NCBI GenBank assembly: GCA_044222185.1
Contig: JBGANV010000003.1
Coordinates: 320,001 to 384,000, forward strand
Direction of reading: 5' to 3'
Length of the DNA stretch: 64,000 nt
Origin: Planctomycetota bacterium
GTDB taxonomy: Bacteria; Planctomycetota; GCA-002687715; CAIWVZ01
This document shows, piece by piece, positions 57,493 to 64,000 of this stretch. The position numbers and the translations under genes are program-made. The number at the start of each line of letters is the position of its first letter. The first letter of the stretch is position 1. The notes below the pieces were generated by a model. It made no database searches. It had not been told where the DNA came from and saw nothing but the letters and a program-made list of their open reading frames with translations.

Positions 57493-58257
57493 ATGGCTTT
57501 CGTGACCGGGCCCAGTGGAATCCCCATCGCCTACGACCTGGACCTGGGCACCGCGGATCCCTCGACCGGGATCGTGTTCCTTCACGGCTTCGCTTCGATC
57601 CGACACGGCGAGAAGGCCGCCCTGTTGCGAGACCGCTGCCGGGTCCTCGGGTGGTCGTGCCTCGTCTTCGACGCCCGGGGACACGGCGAATCCGGCGGAA
57701 GCTTCAAGGACTTGACGGTCAGTGGCTATCTGGAGGATGCCAGGGCGGTGATCGCCGGTCCGGGAGCCGGACTCAGGCGCATCCTTCTCGTGGGATCGAG
57801 CCTCGGCGGCCTCGTCGCCCTGCACCTGGCGGCACGAACGCCGGGCGGGTTTGCGGGGTGCGTCGCCCTCGCCCCCGCCCTGCGATTCGCTGAGCGACAC
57901 CTTGCAGCGGCCGGTGCCGAAGGTGCCCGAAAGTGGCGCGAGTCGGGGGTCCGCCGGCTTCGCAACGATTGGATCGAAGTCGACGTGGGCTGGGAGTTCA
58001 TCGCGGACGGCCTGTCGTTCAAGGAAGACGAGCTGGTCGCGAAACTTGCGACGCCGACGCTCATCATCCACGGCATGCAGGACGAGGTGGTCCCCGTGCG
58101 CGGGTCCACCGACTTCGCGCTCCGGTTCGCGCGCCCCGGAGTCGACCTCGTGCTGATCGGAGAGGGCGACCACCGACTCAACACGGTGAAGGCTCGGGTC
58201 CAGTCCATCATCGAAGAGTTCGCGCACCGGCTCTTCGCCGATCCGTCCTCGCGATGA
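57493..58257 (+). CDS. Alpha/beta hydrolase
   Basis: AAGGAG RBS; FLHGF, DARGHGES, GSSLGG nucleophile, HGMQDEVV, GDHRL. Confidence 0.9.
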   Translation: MAFVTGPSGIPIAYDLDLGTADPSTGIVFLHGFASIRHGEKAALLRDRCRVLGWSCLVFDARGHGESGGSFKDLTVSGYLEDARAVIAGPGAGLRRILLVGSSLGGLVALHLAARTPGGFAGCVALAPALRFAERHLAAAGAEGARKWRESGVRRLRNDWIEVDVGWEFIADGLSFKEDELVAKLATPTLIIHGMQDEVVPVRGSTDFALRFARPGVDLVLIGEGDHRLNTVKARVQSIIEEFAHRLFADPSSR

Positions 58258-58403
58258 CGGCCCTCCGTGAAGCTGATACTCGCAGCCTCGTACCGCGCAC
58301 GACGTCGCCGCATGCCAAACCCCGCGGCGTCGTCAATAGGTCGGAGCGACTTTCCATCCGAGAGCGAGCGCGTGATTCCCCGCATTTTTCCATGAAAACG
58401 GGC

Positions 58404-58432
58404 TTGCCCTCCTTGGGGGACCGACCCACAAT
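58404..58432 (+). promoter_or_regulatory. Sigma70-type promoter for HU
   Basis: TTGCCC-N17-CACAAT upstream of the HU gene. Confidence 0.45.
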
Positions 58433-58487
58433 CTGCGCGTCCAGCCGGGAAAACCGGTGTTTTCTGCTGCCTCGAAAGGGAGACGAA

Positions 58488-58805
58488 ATGGCCAACGATG
58501 GAAAGAAGCCGCTGACGAAGTCCCAGTTCCTGAACGCCCTCGCCGAGCCCACTGGGCTCTCCCGCAAGCAGGTCGCGGGCCTGATGCAGGAGCTCGGGAA
58601 CCTCATCGGCAAGCAACTGAGCAAGAAGGGTCCCGGCATCATGACGATCCCCGGCCTGATGAAGGTCAAGGTCGTTCGCAAGCCGGCGACGAAGGAGCGT
58701 GAAGGGATCAACCCGTTCACGAAGGAGAAGATCACCATCAAGGCGAAGCCGGCGCGGAACGTCGTCAAATGCGTTCCCGTGAAAGCCCTGAAGGAAATGG
58801 TCTGA
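58488..58805 (+). CDS. HU family DNA-binding protein
   Basis: LTKSQFLNALAEPTGLSRKQV...IPGLMK...REGINPFTKEKITIKAKPA; GGGAG RBS. Confidence 0.93.
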   Translation: MANDGKKPLTKSQFLNALAEPTGLSRKQVAGLMQELGNLIGKQLSKKGPGIMTIPGLMKVKVVRKPATKEREGINPFTKEKITIKAKPARNVVKCVPVKALKEMV

Positions 58806-58830
58806 TCCCCAGGAATTCCTGACGGAACTC

Positions 58831-58875
58831 GAGCGCGCCGGTCACGCAGATGCGTAGCCGGCGCGTTTGTGTTTT
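58831..58875 (+). terminator. Intrinsic terminator after HU
   Basis: GAGCGCGCCGG...CCGGCGCGTTT stem followed by GTGTTTT. Confidence 0.65.
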
Positions 58876-58894
58876 CGGGCCGGGTGGCGTGCGA

Positions 58895-59425
58895 TCACTC
58901 GACGAGGATCACGCCCACGTCGTCGCCTGCGAGCACGACATCGCGCGGGTTCGTCTCGACGACACCGTCCGGACCCGCTGAGATCACCCAGAGCCGATCG
59001 CCGCTCCGGATCGCGCGCAGATTCACGAGGTACGAGCGGCCCCACGGATCGATGGGCACGGCGTCGAGGTACGGACCCTTCCACGCGGCGCCGAGTCCGA
59101 AGTCGTCGCGCACGAGCAGCGACGAGATGGGCCGGGTTCGAGAAGCCACGAGAGCGCGGCCGTTCGGCGTGACGCCCGGGCCATAGAGCACGTCGGGCCA
59201 GGACTCGCAGCGGGCGACGTCCGTGCGCGCGTCGCGCAGCGCGAACCGCATCGAGAGTCCGATCTGGTTCAAGTCCGCGAGCGCGCGGCGGCGGGATTCG
59301 GATTCGGTATCCCCGCCCAGGGTCGGGCCGACGATCGCTGCGACGACGCACGTCGCCAGCGCGAACGACAGTCCCGGCAGTACCGAGTCTCTGAATTTCC
59401 AGGGCTTCGAAGGGATTCCGGACAT
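58895..59425 (-). CDS. Type II secretion pseudopilin GspG-like protein
   Basis: WKGPYL...IDPWGRSY...ISAGPDG T2SSG C-terminal motif; N-terminal hydrophobic helix. Confidence 0.75.
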   Translation of the reverse strand: MSGIPSKPWKFRDSVLPGLSFALATCVVAAIVGPTLGGDTESESRRRALADLNQIGLSMRFALRDARTDVARCESWPDVLYGPGVTPNGRALVASRTRPISSLLVRDDFGLGAAWKGPYLDAVPIDPWGRSYLVNLRAIRSGDRLWVISAGPDGVVETNPRDVVLAGDDVGVILVE

Positions 59426-59509
59426 GCGCCAGCGCCGACGAACCTGCGCAACGAAGCAGGTTCCTCGCGACTCATCGACGCGGCAGCCGACAGGACTTGA
59501 CCGTCTCGA

Positions 59510-59908
59510 TCAATTCGCGCGCCCCTGGCCCACGAAGAACGCGGTGACGGCATTGGCGAAGCGGAACAGGAGGAAGGCCCACGCCTGGATGCGGTGACGA
59601 CGCAGCATGGGCGCTCCGCGGAGGAGCTTGCGCCCGACGACGACCTGGGCGACCCACAGGATGACGGCGGCGACGGAGACCGCGATGTGAAACTTCAGCA
59701 GCCCGGTCTTCGCGGTGGCGATCTGCTCCACGGCGCTGCGCTGCAGCTCGATCAGCACCACCAGCAAGAGGTCGGTGATGAAGCACCCCATCATGATCCG
59801 CACGTGGAGCTGACGCTGCTTGTGAAGCAGGACACCGACGAGGATCACGACGAACGTGGCGGCACCGGCCACGTCGAAGAACGTGCGAGGGATTCCCAGG
59901 TCCAGCAT
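59510..59908 (-). CDS. DUF420-like small membrane protein
   Basis: Four TM helices with His residues (LHVRIM, KFHIA, RHRI). Confidence 0.7.
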   Translation of the reverse strand: MLDLGIPRTFFDVAGAATFVVILVGVLLHKQRQLHVRIMMGCFITDLLLVVLIELQRSAVEQIATAKTGLLKFHIAVSVAAVILWVAQVVVGRKLLRGAPMLRRHRIQAWAFLLFRFANAVTAFFVGQGRAN

Positions 59909-59990
59909 GAGGCGCGGATGCTAACCCGCGGCGGAGGGTTTCCGCACGCGCGTGCCGCTCTTTTCGACGGGTGGCTGAGGGCCGGTGCGA

Positions 59991-60353
59991 TCAGCGCCGC
60001 GCCTTCTCGGCGCCGTCGTCGGGCGTGAGGATTTCCGTGACGCGGAATCCGTAGCGATCCCCCACCACGACGACCTCGCCTCGCGCGACGAGACGATCGT
60101 TCACGAAGAGGTCCACGGGCTCGCCGGCGGCGCGTTCCAGTTCGATGACCTGACCGGGCACGAGCGACACGATCTCCGAGATCTTCTTCTCCACCGTCCC
60201 GATGCTGACGGTGACCGGAACGCTCACGTCGAGAACCATGTCCAGGTTGGCGACGTCGACACCGCCGTCCCGGTCGCCAGCCGGCGCCATGTCCTGAAAA
60301 GCCGCCGGACTGACCGAGGTGGAATCGGCCGATGGAATCGCGGAGTCACTCAT
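59991..60353 (-). CDS. fliN: Flagellar motor switch protein FliN
   Basis: NLDMVLDVSVPVTVSIG...VIELERAAGEPVDLFVNDRLVARGEVVVVGDRYGFRVTEI. Confidence 0.93.
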   Translation of the reverse strand: MSDSAIPSADSTSVSPAAFQDMAPAGDRDGGVDVANLDMVLDVSVPVTVSIGTVEKKISEIVSLVPGQVIELERAAGEPVDLFVNDRLVARGEVVVVGDRYGFRVTEILTPDDGAEKARR

Positions 60354-60359
60354 GGCACG

Positions 60360-61352
60360 TCATGTCTTCTTCGATGGCGGCGTTGGTTCGGGTTTCGGGG
60401 CCGGCTTCACTGCCGCCGGCCGCGCGACGCGGTAGGTGAAAGAGCCGTTGTGCTGTCCCAGGAAGCCCACGTACTTGGGCTTCCCTTCCACGAGCAGCTC
60501 GCAGCCCTCGTTGATCTGCCGATCGAGGACGATGACGTCGTCCTTCTGGAGGCCGACGAGGTCGCGAAGGCTGAGGTTGGCCGTACCGAGGCGCACCGCC
60601 ACTTCGACGTGCGCGCCGGCCACGTTCTTCAGCAAGTCGCGCTCGAGATTCGCGCGGTTTGGCGGGCTGACGACCGGCCGAGGCTCATGCTGGAGGTGAG
60701 GCTCCAGCCCGCCGAGCGGGATCGCGAATTGGATCGTGGCTCCGTCGGCGAATTGCCCGAGGCGATAGCGGGCCAGGAGCATGATGTCCTCGACGCGGAT
60801 GTCGCGGACGTAACGGGCGACGGCCACGGGGCGGGTCACCTGGGCCTTGAGGGTCGTGTAGGGCTGCCACGCGAAGACGTGTGCGGCGAGGATCAGGCGG
60901 ACGACGTCGTCGAGGACCGCGATCTCCGTCGCCGAGAGCTCGCGCGGCTCACCGGTCGGCTCACCACTACCGCCGAGAAGGCGATCGATCGTGGCGTACG
61001 CGAATGCGTGGTCGATCACGAGGAACCCCGCCTCGCGAAGGGGCGAGAGCTCGATCACGTACCCGCACATGGGTTCGGACAACGAGTCGCGCACGTTGCC
61101 GAAACGCATCTGCTCCAGGCCGTCCAGGCTGACCGTCAGATCGCGGTTGAGGAGCGCCGAGAGGTCGTTCCGCAGGATGCGCGCCGCCTGCTCGTGCCGC
61201 AGTGTCACGGCCTCGAGCGACGACTTCGGCACCCGGGACGGGGTGTCGAGGTCGTAATCCGACACCTCCGCCTGCTCGCCGCCGCCGGCGCGGAACAGCT
61301 CCAGCAGCGAGTCGATCTCCGGGAGTGTCAGGTTGCGTTCGAGCGTCTGCAT
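60360..61352 (-). CDS. fliM: Flagellar motor switch protein FliM
   Basis: LTLPEIDSLL (CheY-P binding motif variant), YDL, IDRLLGG, RELSATE, C-terminal SpoA domain; directly upstream of fliN. Confidence 0.9.
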   Translation of the reverse strand: MQTLERNLTLPEIDSLLELFRAGGGEQAEVSDYDLDTPSRVPKSSLEAVTLRHEQAARILRNDLSALLNRDLTVSLDGLEQMRFGNVRDSLSEPMCGYVIELSPLREAGFLVIDHAFAYATIDRLLGGSGEPTGEPRELSATEIAVLDDVVRLILAAHVFAWQPYTTLKAQVTRPVAVARYVRDIRVEDIMLLARYRLGQFADGATIQFAIPLGGLEPHLQHEPRPVVSPPNRANLERDLLKNVAGAHVEVAVRLGTANLSLRDLVGLQKDDVIVLDRQINEGCELLVEGKPKYVGFLGQHNGSFTYRVARPAAVKPAPKPEPTPPSKKT

Positions 61353-61569
61353 CGTCTGAGAAGGAACGCGAGTTCCCGTCCCTTCGCCGGTCGTATCGTC
61401 TTGTTTCGCGGCGCGCCTTCTGCCCGAGCCGCCCGATCCACCGTCGGATTTTGCGACGGCGTCCGGAATGCGGGCACCGCGGCCGCACGGCAGGCCGCCG
61501 CCGAAGCGGACAGCGAGGGGGAATGCGGCAGCGGAGGTGGCCCTCCGTCGGACGCATCGTGAACCTCGA

Positions 61570-63999
61570 TCAAGGGTCGATCGGGCGTGCCGGCCGGACA
61601 CCGAGGTGCGACTGTTTGTAAGTCGGGTCGCTGTGATCGCGGTAGGAGGAGCGCGCGGGCGTGGATCGCGTGAAGTAGCTGCCTCCGCGGAACACCCGGT
61701 ATGCCGGCGCGTCGCCTGCATCCCGAAGGCCGTCGGCGCGACGCCAGACATCGAGCGCGTATCCCTCGATGAAGCCATCCAGGCACCACTCGGCCACGTT
61801 GCCGTGTACGTCATGCAGGCCGAAGGCATTCGCCGCCAGGCTGCCAACCGGCGCGTGGACGAACCATCCATCGTCCCACGGCTCGAAGCTCCATCCCTCG
61901 TTCTTCGATCGCGCGTAGAGGTCCTGAAGGTTGGCCGCCATCGCCAACCGCTCCGGAGCCTGCCCTGGCCACCACGGCGTGGTCGTCCCGGCGCGGCACG
62001 CGTATTCCCACTGCGCTTCCGTGGGCAAGATCAAACCCAGGCGCGGAAGGCACCCGCGATCGCCCTGGCAGTCGTTCCAGGAAACGAGCTCGACCGGATG
62101 ACGCAGGTCCGCCTTCGACCCCTCGAACTCGACGCGGCACGAGTACATCGCCGGATTCGATCCGGTCGCGCGCAGCCACTGCGCCTGGGTCATCTCGTAT
62201 TTCGAGAGGAAGAACGGAGCGACTGTGACGGTTCGCACAGGACCCTCGTACGAGTCGGCACGGCGGTCACGGTTCGGGCCGTCCTCCGGCTCATCCGGTG
62301 AGGGGGGCTGGGCCCCGATCTGGAACTTCCCTCCGGGGATCAGGACGAAGACGAGGCCCGTGTCCTCCGTGATGATCAGGCGACCGTCGCCGTCGCGCGC
62401 CGGGATCGGGTCGGTTCCAGCCGCCGCCGTCGCGAGGTGGACGAATTCCCAAAGGTGCGAGTGGGGATCGGGGCCGATGGGGATGAGCCCGAGTTGGTAG
62501 CTCAGCCGGAATCCGCCGTACGGGCCCGAGGGTGATTCGGTTGCTGCTTGCGCGCTCTCCCACCGGCTCAGGTACCGACCCCAGGTAGCGCCCTCGACGG
62601 TCTCCGCGAAAGCCAACCGCGCTCGAATCGACGTAGGGGGGCCACGGCCTTCACGCGAATTGACGAGCGCTCGGATGTCACCAACCAGTTGAACCTGCGC
62701 GTTGTACTCGGACTGAAGGTCGGGGTCGCCGAACTTGACCTCGAAAGTACCCCCATCGACCGAGCCCCGTCGTCGCACCGGGACGACCTGGCCCCGCATC
62801 GCAAGCGAGCGCAGCGCCTCCTCATGCTCGGGAAGTCGGGCCACGACCTCATCCGCCCGGCGAATCCACGCACGCAGCGCCGGCACCATCTCTGGACCCG
62901 GAGGAAACAACGTCTCGGCCTCGAGTCGAAGTTGTGCGATGCGGCTCACGTCGCGCTCGCACTCGTACTTGACGAGCGTTCGGTAAAGGTGGATCAAGGA
63001 AGCCACTGAGAGAATCAGCAACAACGACCCCACTCCGATCGCCGCACCCAGTGCCGGGTTTCGCCGGAGCCATCGCACGAACCTGCCAAAGGTCCCCGTA
63101 CGCCGCGCAAGCACCGGCTCCCCGTGGCGCAGGCGCCGAAGGTCCTCGGCGAACGCTTCCGCCGTCGCGTAGCGCCGATCGAGGTCTTTCGAGAGTGCCG
63201 TCGACAGGACGACCTGAAGGTCGCGCGAGCACCGCTGCCGCGAGCGCGCCGGATCGAACGGCTCTCTCTCGAGGATTGCGTGGTACGTCGCGTGGCGCGT
63301 CGGGCCATCGAATGGCCGCTCCAGCCACAACGCCTCGAAGAGCGTGACCCCAAGTGCCCAGATGTCCGCCCGGCGATCGTGGCGTCCAGCCCCACCGCGA
63401 AGCCATTCCGGCGCGATGTAATTCGGCGTCCCCACCAGATCACCCGTCAGGGTCAGGCTCGGGGCCGTCGACTCCACCTCCTTTGCGAGGCCGAAGTCGA
63501 GCACGACGACGGCGTCGTCCGGCGTGATCATGATGTTGCCCGGCTTCACGTCACGGTGGATTACACCGGCTTCATGCGCGGCGTGCACGGCGCGGGCGGC
63601 GTCCTCCACGATCCGGAGCGCTCGCGCGACGCCTGGGTCCTTGATGGAGAGTGCCCGCTGTGGCGCGGGTGCCCCCAGCGATCCCGGCGACGACTCCGCT
63701 CGACGCTTCCGCTCGCGGGCCACCTCGTCCGCCAGCGTTCTCCCCTCGACGAGTTTCATCGCGACGTAGGAGCAATTGCCGTCCGATCCCACGTCGTAGA
63801 TCGGACAGATCCCTGGATGATCGAGGCGCGCCGTCAAGAGGGCCTCGCGTCCAAGGCGTGCGACGTCGGCGCCGATCCCGGCCCGATCCGCCGTGAGCAC
63901 CTTCAGTGCGATGACGCGATCGAGCCACGTATCGCGCGCCCGAAACACCGTGCCCTGTCCGCCCCGCCCGAGTTCGTCGATCAGGACATAAGGACCGAC
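61570..63999 (-). CDS. Ser/Thr kinase-TM-formylglycine-generating-enzyme (FGE/SUMF1) domain fusion, 5'-truncated by window end
   Basis: LGRGGQGTVF (open to window end), HRDVKPGN, DFGLAK; FVLIPGGKFQIG, LPTEAQWEYACRAG, NAFGLHDVHGNVAEWC, RVFRGGS. Confidence 0.93.
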   Translation of the reverse strand, partial: VGPYVLIDELGRGGQGTVFRARDTWLDRVIALKVLTADRAGIGADVARLGREALLTARLDHPGICPIYDVGSDGNCSYVAMKLVEGRTLADEVARERKRRAESSPGSLGAPAPQRALSIKDPGVARALRIVEDAARAVHAAHEAGVIHRDVKPGNIMITPDDAVVVLDFGLAKEVESTAPSLTLTGDLVGTPNYIAPEWLRGGAGRHDRRADIWALGVTLFEALWLERPFDGPTRHATYHAILEREPFDPARSRQRCSRDLQVVLSTALSKDLDRRYATAEAFAEDLRRLRHGEPVLARRTGTFGRFVRWLRRNPALGAAIGVGSLLLILSVASLIHLYRTLVKYECERDVSRIAQLRLEAETLFPPGPEMVPALRAWIRRADEVVARLPEHEEALRSLAMRGQVVPVRRRGSVDGGTFEVKFGDPDLQSEYNAQVQLVGDIRALVNSREGRGPPTSIRARLAFAETVEGATWGRYLSRWESAQAATESPSGPYGGFRLSYQLGLIPIGPDPHSHLWEFVHLATAAAGTDPIPARDGDGRLIITEDTGLVFVLIPGGKFQIGAQPPSPDEPEDGPNRDRRADSYEGPVRTVTVAPFFLSKYEMTQAQWLRATGSNPAMYSCRVEFEGSKADLRHPVELVSWNDCQGDRGCLPRLGLILPTEAQWEYACRAGTTTPWWPGQAPERLAMAANLQDLYARSKNEGWSFEPWDDGWFVHAPVGSLAANAFGLHDVHGNVAEWCLDGFIEGYALDVWRRADGLRDAGDAPAYRVFRGGSYFTRSTPARSSYRDHSDPTYKQSHLGVRPARPIDP

Positions 64000-64000
64000 G

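Noticed and set aside
61570-61720. Diversity-generating retroelement variable region
   Set aside because: No template repeat or reverse transcriptase is visible in the window.
61353-61871. Long N-terminal extension of FliM (503-aa ORF)
   Set aside because: It overlaps the FGE domain gene; the FliM N-terminal motif begins just after ATG 61352.
1-64000. CRISPR array, cas genes, tRNA/rRNA, IS or integrase
   Set aside because: I saw no regularly spaced repeats or recognisable motifs. The repeated gacggcgacggcgac strings are coding FG-GAP repeats.

Overview
This is a very GC-rich bacterial chromosome segment with about 41 genes. Its gene content suggests Planctomycetota (inference): ECF sigma factor/Ser-Thr kinase pairs, an ECF fused to extracellular Ig-like repeats, FG-GAP proteins, DUF1501/DUF1549-like proteins and a multiheme cytochrome. 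I recognised no tRNA, rRNA, CRISPR array, transposase or integrase. Recognisable housekeeping genes are gluQ, an S66 LD-carboxypeptidase, HU, fliM/fliN, a SWIM-SNF2 helicase and an M20 peptidase. Most of the rest encode exported or membrane proteins. The leading candidates for undescribed biology are five. (1) A self-contained ~190-nt transcription unit at about 43.84-44.04 kb with a near-consensus sigma70 promoter, tandem NrdR-like boxes and an intrinsic terminator; it could be an sRNA, an attenuator or a 38-aa basic peptide. (2) Directly downstream, an operon encoding an FHA-transmembrane-DUF1549/1553-like protein, a Tat-exported DUF1501/AlkP-like protein, a 10-heme cytochrome c with an LVIVD propeller, and an exported multi-EF-hand protein. 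(3) A degenerate Csx1/TM1812-like CARF-HEPN protein adjacent to a SWIM-SNF2 helicase, with no CRISPR-Cas in view. (4) A ~100-aa C-terminal domain shared by five exported proteins with different catalytic or binding domains, a possible surface-sorting signal. (5) An ECF-kinase operon that includes a tiny 8-Cys lipoprotein. All family calls were made by eye from motifs; no searches were run.
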